DNA from: Tubulanus polymorphus
Taxonomy: Eukaryota > Animalia > Nemertea
Reading direction: 5' to 3'
Assembly (NCBI RefSeq): GCF_964204645.1
Contig: NC_134027.1
Span: 27,304,560 to 27,368,559, forward strand
Length of the DNA: 64,000 nt
The notes under the pieces are model-generated. The model made no database searches and was not told the origin of the DNA. It saw nothing but the letters and a program-made list of their open reading frames with translations. Each line of letters starts with the position of its first letter. Position 1 is the stretch's first letter. Made by a program: the position numbers and the translations under genes. Shown here one piece after another: positions 13,301 through 27,100 of this stretch.

Positions 13301-16300
13301 CAGACTTAAAGATAGTGAGAGAGACTTAATGACTTTTAACGCAGTGAAATGTTAGATAAATTACCTTTAATATTAACAGCTTCATCAGAATTATCGCCGC
13401 AATGATCAACATTATCACATTTCAAATCTTCATCAATACACCACTGATTGTCACATTTAAAATTATTGCCACATGATTTATGTTTACGGTAATCTGCAAA
13501 AAATGAATAGAAGAATACATCAAACATGTTTAAAACCCTTTCAGTGCTGACTAATTAATACCCAATAGTGCTGGAGATTATTTGAAAATATTTAAAAATT
13601 CCATCCTAGTGTCTTGAATAACGGGAATACCGCTATAGTGCGTCTACACCGCGGCGCGGTGTATCGTTAGTTGCTAGTATTTCACTATGTTTGACACGTG
13701 CTGCCATTTTTCAAGAGAGATAATTACTAATTAGATCAATACACCGCAGTGTGGTATACTAGCAAAATCTATCAGATTTATACACTGCACTGCGGTGTAG
13801 ACGCACTGAAAGGGTTAAACAAACACTGACAATAGCAAATAATATTATGCAAAATTCATAATTCTATTTTGTCTAATATCAGAAAAATTATGAATCTTGA
13901 TAACTAATTTTCTTAAAGCAGAGCAGCGTGGACACAGGGGTGTGGATACAGTAGTGTGGATACTGTAGAGTGGATACTGACTGACTGACTGACTCATCTC
14001 ACAAATCCTCACTGAATTTCATTGATGCAGTCGGTAAAGGGAAGATCGGGAGATCAACTAAAGGAAATTGCTTACAACAGATCAATGTCAACCAGTAACA
14101 CATTACAATACCGTTTACACCGAGAGATGAAACTAAAGTAGGATTTACATCAATGAAATATCATTTTTTAAATAAGTCCTAAAACTAATACAGCAATATT
14201 TACAGTAGATACAACTATAAGTAAATATTAACTTCATCTGTTACATTATTACAACAGTTTACAGGAGATACTTGAAAAATAAGAAAAGAAAGGTGGCTGC
14301 ATTTGGTGTTCACTTCGGGTTGATTCACCAAACAACAAACACGCATTTATAGTTAATGATCAGATAAATTTTGAACAGGAAGCTGAAAATGTCAAATTTT
14401 CAATTCATGACCCCTAAAATTTTAATGATACCTCCGGACTGCAAGGTACTGCTAGATATTAGGGGTCCACTAGAGTGGAACACTGATAATGGATTTGATG
14501 ACTCTAGTAATCTAAGAATGACAGCAGGTTGTGTAAATAGTGAATATAGTCACCGCACTCGACTAGACAATCACCAGAACTCAGTGGTCTAGCGGGTAGG
14601 CCAATGGGTCCTAGGCTCACTTCTAGGGTTAGAGTTAGGGAAAAAAATTTTCTTGAAAACTGTAGAACATCATTACTTTATACAAAATTTCATCTGTTGC
14701 ATCAGAGCATAATTACATCAGAGCATGTTTCATGTCAGGTTTGATATCGGATAAAACCAGATGAAACTCGATTTACAGTAATATATTACACCTCATAAAC
14801 TTAATGACAATTTTATTCATATGTTATTGCTTATGAGCTCTCACCGAGGGAGGGGAAAGGGGAGGATCTGGTCCACATGATACAGGTGATCTCACCGAGG
14901 GAGGGGAGGGGAGGGGGGATCAGGTGCAACTGATACATGTGCTGCTCACAACTAATAACAACTCATAAATAAATGAGGGATTGAAGACTTCTACAGCTAA
15001 TTAAACACACAATAGATATTTCCATGACTACATCACTGTGGGTATAGTACGTGTTAATGATAGACAGAGGTGACCTGTAGAATGAGACTGGTGTAAGAGA
15101 TTGCTGTAGAAAGCAGCCCGGTGTAGCAGCCCGGTGTAGCAGCCCGGTGTAGCAGCCCGGTGTAACAGCCCACTATACGAGCTAGCTGTAGGAGCCCACT
15201 ATGGGAGCCCGGTGTATGAGTTAGTTGTAGGAGCTAGTTGTAGGAGTCTGGTGTAACTGCTGACAATATCATCAAACTCTCTCTCATTCATCTAATACTA
15301 AAATATCCCCTCCATTTCTCTAGAGATTCACAATCTTTTCAGTTGCTATTTGGCATTTCTCATTTGTCTGCTATTAGACTAACGGTAAACTTGAGAATGA
15401 TGGCTGGTTTTAGTCTCACAGGACCCCGGAGCAGCAGTTCCCTACACAACAACGTTCTATACACATTGATATTAGTGTAAATTAATGAATTCAATGTTTA
15501 AGAAGGTGAAATGTGATACTATAGCTTCCCACGTATGGATAATTATAACTAAAACCTTGAAAGTATATTCAGTTTCTTGTTTCAGGTTTTTGTAGAAATA
15601 GCAATCTGAATCTTCTATATGTTTACATGATGTTTGAATATAGACATACATGTATTATATTTAATGTCGAGAGGAGGGAGAGGGAGCGGGGGAGAGGAGT
15701 GAGGGAGGAGGGAGAGAGAGTAGGTACTCGTAAATATCAGCTGATAATTCTATTATAATAGTTCAACTTCTATTGGTGATATTATGTGTTTTGACGTAAG
15801 ATAAATAAGTTTATTATACTTGTTACAGTTAAACTTGTTTTCTCTATTTTTGAGACTAATTTATATTCTTTCGATTCAACAAACTGAGAGTAAGTCGTTA
15901 TTCTAAGAAGTCATCTACATAAAGATCATTTTCCAAACTTTGGTCTCCAATTCATTTGTAGATTTTGTATTAATAACGTATAAGATGAATTATCAACTAT
16001 CTTTCATCGGATGCACCAACCCGGTGAATACTGGGTGCTTAACTAATGTCACTGTTTATTTGTATCATTATTCAGTTAAATAATCAATGTTTATTTGTTA
16101 TTACCTGTTGAAATGTAGAATATTTGTGGTGTTTGCTAGCGGTATTTACAGTATGAAGTCAGTGAGTGAGAGTAAGGGGAGTTGGGGGAGTTTCTGGGGA
16201 GTACGTGGGGAGTTCAGGGTAACTCAGAGGTAAAACAAGTGTAACTAACAAATTAACAGCAGTCAGCAGGTTTGAACAGTTGGTTTCTGTCATTTTTAGA

Positions 16301-18100
16301 ATTGAGCACTGCAGAAAGCTTACCTACCACCAACTGACATAACATTTCATTATAGAGCGTTACATTTTGTTCTTAAAGCTGAACTGACTGTTTATCTGAT
16401 TGCTACTAATTGTTTTCGACAAATTTGTTCCTACACAGAATTCGAGAGATGTATTCGAGTAAAAGTATTTCATATCGTTGTTTCTTGTCTCAATCCATAA
16501 AAAAAAAACAAATTATTTTCAATAACGAATTTATGTAAATGTCTAGATTATGTAGATACGAATATCATAAAATAATTGGTTGAAATATTCAATCACTTAG
16601 CAATCCTTCGATTGAAAATAATGAAATTCTGTAAAATTGACCTCTAAATCTAAACCTCCTGTTGCGTTCCGATCAGATGTGAGATCGACGGTTTCTGAGT
16701 GACACGTTGAATAGAAGGGATTGATAAAGTACATAGACATCAATGAAAGAAATGAAGTGTTTCAGTACGCCTAATGATGGCTAACAGTTGTTAGCCGAAA
16801 CGTCGCTCCTCAAAAATACAATCATTCTGATATAGAATTTTTCAATTTTGACTTCGTTATTGTGGGATTTCTCTCGTCATCAATGAAAGAAGTCGTAGAG
16901 ATTGATTACATCATGCTTAAAACGGAGTGAGATAGAACTTGAAACAGCAGTTCAGTTTGAATCTAGAGTTGAAATCATTTTACATGTTTTGCCTTAAGAC
17001 GACAAATTCTAATCGATAACTATGGAACTCTGGTTCCGGAGTCCAGAACTGTGGAACTGTATCCGGAATGTTGAATTGGATCCAGAACTGTGGAACTGGA
17101 TTCAGTAACTATGGAATGGATCCAGAAACCGTGGAACTGGATCCAGTAACTGTGGAACTGGATCCAGTAACTGTGGAACTGGATCCAGAAACTGTGGAAG
17201 TGGATCCAGAAACTGTGGAACTGTGTCCTAAGATTTCTTGATTCAGTGAGGAATAAAAGGAAGATCAAGAACTTTGAATCGTTTGAAATATAACAGTAAA
17301 TCAATGAATGAGTATTAGTGCACAGTGTTTACATCATCCACTGCTACTAATGTGAGTTGTTCTAGCTACAGTTTCTAGATGTCAATCATTCACCACTGAA
17401 CACCAGTTCATTCACTGATCACTCATATCAGTTCACACTTTACTCATCATTCTTATAAATCATTCAAAAAATCATTATCAAAGTCAGATCTAGTTATGAC
17501 TTAATGAATATTGATGAAACTGAAATAAAACTCAGCTACCAAATAAGGGTGCTATTTGTTTATATCATGTGACCAACTCTAGACCAATAGCAGCTAGGGT
17601 TAGTAGACATGTGCTAACCCTAGGTGGGGGCAGTTAATCAATATCATGTGACCAGCTCTTGACCAATCACAGCTAGGGTTATTAGCCATGTGCTAACCCT
17701 AGGTGGGGGGGCAGTTAATCAATATCATGTGACCAGCTCTTGACCAATCACAGCTAGGGTTTAGGTGGGAGGCTATTTGTCAGGTGACCAGCTCTAGACC
17801 AATCAGGTGACCAGCTGTAGTTAATTATTCAAACATACAGTGTTGTATCATGATTGAAATTTCACAAATGTGAACTCATTTTCTCAAGAGAAATCAGTTC
17901 AATACAGTTTTGAATACAGTGAAATCTTAATGTAATAAATCTTCAGCTTTTATAATAAAATATACAAATGTGTGATATTGACTGATTGTGCAGTAGTAAA
18001 CCTGTAGTCTTATAGATCACTCTTATTAGAGACAGGGAGAGAGAGAGAGAGGGGGGAGGGAGGTAGGGAGAGAGAGAGGAGAGAGAGGAGAGAGAGAGAG

Positions 18101-18149
<49 letters not shown>

Positions 18150-18156
18150 GGAGAGG

Positions 18157-18188
<32 letters not shown>

Positions 18189-21100
18189 AGGGAGAGCGAG
18201 AAAGAGAGAGAGAGAGGGAGAGAGAGAGAGTTTGTACTGTGTTTACAACATGAGAAATGACGTAATAATATATTGAACAACGCAAGTAAATATTTCACCA
18301 ATCAATAATCGAGGTGTAGACATATATATAACTATTGACACTATCAATATCATCACTATCTAGTTAGATTCACATACACAGGATGAATATAGCACTTACC
18401 GTTACTAATTGCCGTGACTATCAATTTAAAGCCTTTTCCACGTGGACCACTAGTGTCGGTCCTGAAATAATATCAATATCAAACATATCAGCAAACAATA
18501 TACATCAATGATATTTCAGAATAGAAAAAATATCTTAAAAAGAATTTTCAATCAAAACGTAACGATGAGTTTCGCCGATGTGATTTTTAAGATTTTTGTT
18601 TTCAGATGCTCAAAGAAATTATAGCAAGTACAGCCATTCACCTCCCCTTAAACCTCCACCTCCTTGACCGTATAGTGTAAGGTATAGTGGGCTTTGAGTT
18701 GGTGCATCACTCAGTGTTATCCTCAGTTCGGGGGGGGGGGCTGCAACATGCAGTGAGTGCCATAGTTCAGGGGCCAGGTTTATAGACTGGTTTCAACTTA
18801 AACCTGACGGCTTGAAACTGAATTTAGTTAAAGATAATATGTCTATAAGACTGGGCTGAGACCGATGGTCTAAAGAGTTCTATCATATATTCACAGTTGC
18901 ACAGGCATTGTTGTCGGTTAGCCCACTTTTTACTCCAGTCTGTTTCTGAATGCATCCTCAACCTATCAGTAAAATATCAGTAACATTGAAGTAGATACTA
19001 CTGGTGACTAGCGACTTGTTGGTTGATTTTCACTTCTTCACTTCCCCCTTTACTGTTGTTAGCTGTCAAAAACAAGCTCAATAAGCATTTCTAACTACTC
19101 CACAAGTCATATCAGCAGCAGCACTTCAGCGGCAGAGAATACTGACTGCCATAAAACAGAAATTAATGCATATCTCACAGAGTGCAGCATCGACAATGTT
19201 TGCCCTGAGACCAGAGAATATAATATATACTAGTGTGATATAACAGGTTGAAGTATGTATCAGCTATCTTAACATATATACACGTCTTAAACATTACTAA
19301 CAAGTTTATCATTGTAATCAGTGTAATCAGTGTAATCAGTGGCAGGTTGAAGTAGAGTTCTTCAGTTCACAGGTATAACTCAGGGAGAGAGAGAGAGAGG
19401 GAGAGAGGGAGAGAGGGAGGTAGAGATACAATAACCTGTTGACCTGAACGTCATCAAACTCGAAACGTGTTGAAAACTTTGGATTTATTTTCACAGTATC
19501 TTCATCTGTATATAAAACATATCTGAAGTGTTTGATAAATAAATCTCAACAGTTTCTAGTCTCTCCTGTTCTCTCTCTCACTCTCTCTCTCACTCTCACT
19601 CTCTCTCACTCTTACTCTCTCTCACTCTCTCTCTCTCTCTCACTCTCTCTCTCCCAACACTTTCTCAAGCTGTGCTGGAAACATGGCCAACCACTACGAC
19701 CTAAGCAGGAGTGGGACCTCCCTGGAAATATCTATAGACATGACACTACAATCAACGTCAGTTTATATCTCGTGATATAGAACCAGTCAGTGGTCTACAG
19801 ATTCCCCACTGAGTTCTCGATGTTGTCTATCAAGTTTTTTAGTAAGCCAGTGTTGACTAAAAAAGGAAAGGTCAGACAGAGAGAGAGACAGAGGTCATAG
19901 ATTCCCATCAGTTGCTCAGCAATGGACAAAGAATCTAGTTCTTATCCTTTCAAAAAGTTCCGCAGAGAAGAACCAGGGTTCACAGTACTAGAGGTTCTAT
20001 ATTTCAGGGTTCTCCCAGTACTAAAGGTTCTATATTTCAGGGTTCACAGTACTAAAGGTTCTATATTTCAGGGTTCTCCCAGTACTAAGTGTTCTATGTT
20101 TCTGCACTCGGATGTTTCAGGATTTCAGCAGTTTTAACTGCGGTAGTTTTCCCTGTGAATACCAGTCAATTGTGCAATAAATAAACTTTTTCTAAACTGT
20201 TTCTGGTGAGTTTTTACTCGAAGGAAGACGAGTAATTAGTAAGATAAACTGAGTATACCGTGCACCACTACAGCTGCTGTATTCAATTGAAAAAACATCG
20301 ATTCAAACATTCTGATGAAAGCCCGTTTGGTTAGCAGTCGTCTCTCCCTCACCCCCTCCCCCTCACCCCCTACCCCTGTTGCGTGCGTGGTTTCGAAATA
20401 CATTCAGTTTGTTGAGTGATCAGAGGAATCTCAGAACTACCTCCTAGCCGTACACTCACATCAATTCACTCTCAAGTTCTTCTCGAGAACCAGTGACCGT
20501 TTCATAGACGAGATGTGAGACCAGTTCCATAGACCAGACGTGAGGCCAGTGATAGACTATAGTCTATGGATCATGCTTTGCCTCCCCTCCTCTCCCCCTC
20601 GGCTTCTGGTAGCTGTGAAACAGTGATATGAAATCAGTTTGTATCCAGAACATGATCACAATTTAAACCAAGTCACAGATTATCAGTGTGATCATCAGAA
20701 CTCAGTGATTTTTATCAGAAATGCAAATAAAATGTCATCACCCTCAGAAGCTCTGCGTGACAGGCAGGCACACTCATGAGTCACTGAGCGAGAGGGAGGG
20801 TGAGGGAGGGTGAGGGAGGGTGAGGGGGTAATGAAGGGATTGGGGGAAGGACGGATCTAAGATCATCAGCAGTGTTATCAGCAGTGTTATTATATCCTTA
20901 CTTAAAATCTAATAGATAAATTTGAAATAGATTGATTTCTAAAATAATAAATGATTATCATGTACCCTAGATGTGTATCCTGATGTGTGCCCCTACTGAC
21001 GTGTACCCTGGATGTGTGCCCCCAGATATGTGCCCTGGATTGCCTATCGGATGGGTGGTTCGGGTGTTAGAGTTTCCCACACCCCACTTAGAAAATGTCC

Positions 21101-24100
21101 TTTCAAGTTATCTATATTCAACATTTCAAAGTACGAGTTACATTTTCAATATATGAGAATTGATCAAGCAAATTCCTGGATTCACCGTTAATAAGCTTCA
21201 TCAGATCAGAGGCTGTTCAGTATCTAAACCACTACAGAATAAAGGGACCTGTGCGTCACAGCCCTATTTCACAATAATCTTTGTCACAGCACACAAACTA
21301 CACTTTAATCATATTACTGCAGCTGATAGTCTGTGCGAGTTCCCTCTCTCACTGTCACTTTTACACTGAGTCACCAATTAACTTGTACGTTGTATGACAT
21401 TCCTACAGACACTGGTTTTATTAGTCTATTGTACGAATCAGCAGCAACTAGAAAAACACTATCGCTGTCAGACTGTCGCTGTCTCTATCACTGTTAGACT
21501 ATCGCTGTCCCTATCACTGTTAGACTGTCGCTGTCCCTATCACTGTTAGACTATCACTGTCCCTATCACTGTCAGACTGTCGCTGTCCCTATCACTGTTA
21601 GACTGTCGCTGTCCCTATCACTGTTAGACTGTCACTGTCCCTATCACTGTTAGACTGTCACTGTCCCTATCACTGTTAGACTGTCACTGTCCCTATCACT
21701 GTTAGACTGTCGCTGTCCCTATCACTGTTAGACTGTCGCTGTCCCTATCACTGTTAGACTGTCGCTGTCCCTATCACTATCAGACTGTCAGACTGTCCCT
21801 ATCACTGTTAGACTGTCGCTGTCCCTACCTCTGTCAGACTGTCGCAGTCAGACTGTCCATTTACTATATCTTTAGGATGTAAAATGTTCCGTTATAGATA
21901 GATATGAATTTATCCTCTATTTTACCAGAGATATATAGGCCTATAAGTCTCAGTATCTGCTGCTGCTGACGAGGATGAGTTGAGTTGTATCTATAATAGA
22001 GAATGTAAGGTGGTAGTCAGTACCACATGTAAATGATCGATGTAGCTAGAGGCTCTTATTAGACTCATGTTAATTAGACTTTGTTAATTAGTCTTATGTT
22101 AATTAGACTATCAAATTAGTTCCGACAAGGAAGACTCACATAGAACCACTGCAGAGAAATTAGTACAGTCTAAATACGATTCACCTTTTAGATAAAGAAT
22201 CAAGTGAATATTGGAAACGAAGTTTATGAAATATCGGATTTGTCTCAAAGTAGAAGAATCTAGCAGGTCTAGGGCTGAGCGAGTAGGGCATGCAGTGGTC
22301 AGCAGGTCTAGGGCTGAGCGAGTAGGGCATGCAGTGGTCAGCAGGTCTAGGGCTGAGAGAGTAGGGCATGTAGTGGTCAGCAGGTCTAGGGCTGAGCGAG
22401 TAGGGCATGTAGTGGTCAGCAGGTCTAGGGCTGAGAGAGTAGGGCATGCAGTGGTCAGCAGGTCTAGGGCTGAGAGAGTAGGGCATGTAGTGGTCAGCAG
22501 GACTTGGGCTGAGCGAGTAGGGCATGCAGTGGTCAACAGGTCTCGGGCTGAGAAAGTAGGGCATGTAGTGGTCAGCAGGTCAAGGGCTGAGAGAGTAGGG
22601 TAGGCAGTGGTCAGCAGGTCTCGGGCTGAGAGAGTAGGGCATGTAGTGGTCAGCAGGTCTCGGGCTGAGAGAGTAGGGCATGTAGTGGTCAGCAGGACTT
22701 GGGCTGAGAGAGTAGGGCAGGCAGTGGTCAGCAGGTCTAGGGCTGAGAGAGTAGGGCATGTAGTGGTCAGCAGGACTTGGGCTGAGAGAGTAGGGCATGT
22801 AGTGGTCAGCAGGACTTGGGCTGAGAGAGTAGGGCATGTAGTGGTCAGCAGGTCTAGGGCTGAGAGAGTAGGGCATGTAGTGGTCAGCAGGACTTGGGCT
22901 GAGAGAGTAGGGCAGGCAGTGGTCAGCAGGTCTAGGGCTGAGAGAGTAGGGCATGTAGTGGTCAGCAGGACTTGGGCTGAGAGAGTAGGGCATGTAGTGG
23001 TCAGCAGGACTTGGGCTGAGAGAGTAGGGCATGCAGTGGTCAACAGGTCTCGGGGCTGAGAGAGTAGGGCATGTAGTGGTCAGCAGGTCTCGGGCTGAGA
23101 GAGTAGGGCATGCAGTGGTCAGCAGGTCTAGGGCTGAGAGAGTAGGGCATGTAGTGGTCAGCAGGTTTCGTAGGGCACAGAGATATAAATCTATTAGTCA
23201 CAGAGATGGACAGAAAGACAGTACAGTACAATATGTCATCAATCACAAATCATTGATCATTGTAATTATTGACCATCAATAATCATCTTTCTGTCCCCAC
23301 ATTCCATCTACAGAGCAGTACAGAACAGTTACACTGCTGTTCATTTCTATCTCTACAACTGTGTCTAAAGATCAGATTCAGTGACAGTTATAGAATGATG
23401 TTGGCAGTGTTTTTGAAAGGTTTCACCTATTCTCTACCCTTTCACATCTCACAGGTCTCTATTGTTCTATTCTGTAAACACCGATTATTGATAAATGCAA
23501 ACGTTGATTGAATTTCAATTAAAAGCTGCTAAATTTACTATAATGAATTTTCATCGGAAAATCAATCGCGCAAATGTTTACAGTCAATTACAGCAACCGC
23601 ATGAACTCATAACAAAACAAATGTGAATATTAAATATTAACTTTCAATTTATCATCAGTTACTGAGTCAATAATATCTACACAGATTTCTCTTGATTTCT
23701 CGAGCTTCGGCTGCAGCCTGAACCTCTATCATCACAGATCTATATGAACCTCTACTATCACAGATCTATATGAACCCCTAGTACCACCAGCTCTAAGATA
23801 TCCCCTAGTATATAAAAGAACCCTCTAGTACCACAGATATAAAAGAACCCTCTAGTACCACAGATATAAAAGAACCCTCTAGTACCACAGATCTTAAAGA
23901 ACCCCCTAGTACAACTGATCTAAAAGAACCCTCTAGTACCACAGATCTAAAAGAACCCTCTAGGACCACAGATCTAAAAGAACCCTCTAGTACCACAGAT
24001 CTAAGAGGTCAGTCAATACTAATTGAGTTTTTATACTAATCATATAATGAACTTATATTATTGAACAATGAAGACAAATTGATTTGTTTGTTTAGAGATG

Positions 24101-27100
24101 AGAATGGCAGCAGGTCACCAGTGAACAGGACTTGACGTCTTAATGGCAGCAGGTCACCAGTGAACAGGACTTCATGTCTTAATGGCAGCAGGTCACCAGT
24201 GAACAGGGCTTGATGTCTTAATGGCAGCAGGTCACCAGTGAACAGGACTTCATGTCTAAATGTTACGTCATCGTTTTTATATATTTAGATATTTACTGTT
24301 GAATCATTGCTCGCATTCAGTAGGAGTAAATAGGAGAAATAGAGCAAACTATTATAGCATTCACGGGCTTTAAATACTGAGTGCAATTAACAATATTTGC
24401 TCATTAAAAATCACCACATGGACAGGTGAACCAACAGTGACAAGCATCGGTTTGAAGACCCCCTGATACTAAACACATGACTCTTTCATCAAAACTAATT
24501 CCACTCAATAATCTCCACTTATATATCACCGCAGTGAAAACTGATTTTTGTATAATTGTGTTGGGGGGGGGGGGGGGGTTTAAGGGGTTCACGGTACTTC
24601 TAAATTCTCTCTTTATAATCACTATACGATGAACTCATCGAGATCCTCCACATATTTGGAGATATAACAACAACAGATCACACTCAATTTCAGCATATTT
24701 ATCAGACATATCAAATTTAGAAAACTACTGATGAAACACTCTTCAGTTTGTGTTGATTGACGATAAATTGAGAATCCGACACTTACTGAAAAAATAAGTC
24801 TGAAATGTTTCATGTGAGTTATGAGTTTATTTCACTGTATTCTATTCTTGAAGATGATCATCGACGAAACATTGAACGCGTAAACCTTAAACTCAAATGA
24901 AACATTTCAGACTATATTCTCTTACATTATTTTGGGATTCTATATATACCCGTATTTACAGCAGACTCCACTCGAGTTGGATCTTTTTGGAGCCGTAAAA
25001 ATGTGTACGACTTGACAGTGACATCTGAGTTGGATGTTATGTATTTCATATTTCATAAAAAGTGTCACCAAAAAATATTTCAACAAACATCAGAATTGAA
25101 CGGTTATCTCTGATATTTCTGATGAGGTAGAGGTAGATATATCGCATACATCCAAAAACATCCACACTTTCATCAAAGCAGCTTCACTTTTGTTTGAGAT
25201 TTTGTATTATGCTTTGATCACAAGAAATGTCGGATTTTGTCAGATATTTCATCCCAAATGTATCACTTTTTTCTATATCTAATGGTGTATTTGATGCTCA
25301 GTTTCGTACACAGCCAAACAAAGCTTACAAAATACCATTGATTTCAACGCGAAGAATAACATCTCATAAAAAGAGCATTTTAATAAGAGAATCTTCTTAT
25401 ATAGAAATATTTCTTATTAGTTTTCGATATGAAATTTTCTCGCGATAGAAAAAAATAACGAGATCAGAAAAATAGGCAATTTTTGTAATTAATACAAGTT
25501 GTGTTTATGAGTCATCAATATCTCAAATAGGATCAACATCTCCCATCTCAATCACTCTCTCCTCTCCCTCTCCTCTCTCTCCTCCTCTCCCTCTCTATCT
25601 CCTCTCCTCTCTCTCCCCTCTCTCCTTCCTCTCTCCTCTCCCTACCTCTCTCTCCCCTCACCCTCCTCTCTCCCTTCCTCTCTCCTCCCTCTCTTCTCTC
25701 TCCTCTCTCTTTCTCACCTCTCCCCTCTCTCCTCTTATTCTCACCTCTCCCCTCCCTCTCTCCTCTATCCTCTCTCTCCTGTCCTCTCTTCTCTCCTCTC
25801 CCCCATCATTCTCCTCTCTCACACAACTCTACAGCTTGTGGTAAAATGGGTAAAATTGATGACCGTTAATGCACTGTATCAGTGACATCAAATATCAGCC
25901 CTAACGTATATATATACATAAATACACTTACCTGAACGCTACTGTTAAATACGGCCCACTAGAAAATACTGTCAATGTTTGTGGTAATTTTGTTCCACAT
26001 AATCCTCTATTTCCACCAGCTTCTTTCTGTTAAAACAACAACAAAAAAACAGTTCATTTTATACTCGTTCGGGTGTGACCAGTATCAGTAAAACCAGCAT
26101 CAATGAGGCCAGTCTCCGGCCCTAACCTAGATGATACCAGTCTCAGGTAGACTAGCCTAGTCTCTGTGAGGCTGGCCTCAATGAAACCAGCCTCTGTTAG
26201 ATACACTGATACTTTACGATACATTACTGGTAGTATGAGATACATGACTGATACAGTAACAGTGTAAGAACAATAATCAATGGTTTAGTGCATCTCATCA
26301 GTGAAGCAATAAATTGACCCTCCGTACATCATAAACTATACAGGTATATACAAGGGCACCAGCCTGGAGCGGCGGGCAAATCAATCAGCTACATCTAGTA
26401 GTGTACCTGTTACATCAATCTATACTGGTCGCATCAGGTGCAAGACACAGTCAGTACCAGTACCAGTCAGGTACAAGACACAGTCAGTACCAGTACCAGT
26501 CAGGTGCGAGACAGTCAGTACCAGTACCAGTCAGGTACAAGACACAGTCAGTACCAGTACCAGTCAGGTACAAGACACAGTCAGTACCAGTACCAGTCAG
26601 GTGCGAGACACCAATTAATCTCAGGTACGACTGTGACTAATAACCACCTGTCTGCAACAATTCTTTACGCATCAGTGAACACTAAGCAACCTTTGAATTA
26701 TGTATGATACCGATACCGGTATCGGGGTATATCAGGGGTGTATCGGGGGTGTATCAGGGGTGTGTATCAGGGGTGTGTATCAGGGGTGTGTGAGGGTGTG
26801 TATCAGGGGGTCACTCGTAGTGTGAGGTTTACTGCTACTGAGTGAATATACAATAGATGATGACATCGTCGTTCCTCTACACACAGATCTGAATCACCAT
26901 TTTAACTACATGACTAAGGCACAACAAATGGAAAAAGGCCCGTGAGGCATTGCAGAAGTCTGATCAGTACTAGGCTGACAATAATGATTATAGCGGCAAT
27001 AATCGCATGAATGCTCACTGACTGTGACAGACGCACATTCCTCAGCATACGGACAGCACACAGCAGCAGCAGCAGACAGCAAACGGACAGCAGTCAGACA

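Noticed and set aside
22111-23282. 310-aa Thr/Cys/Pro repeat ORF and overlapping ORFs
   Set aside because: Products of a 39-bp intronic minisatellite, open in several frames on both strands; no splice or signal context.
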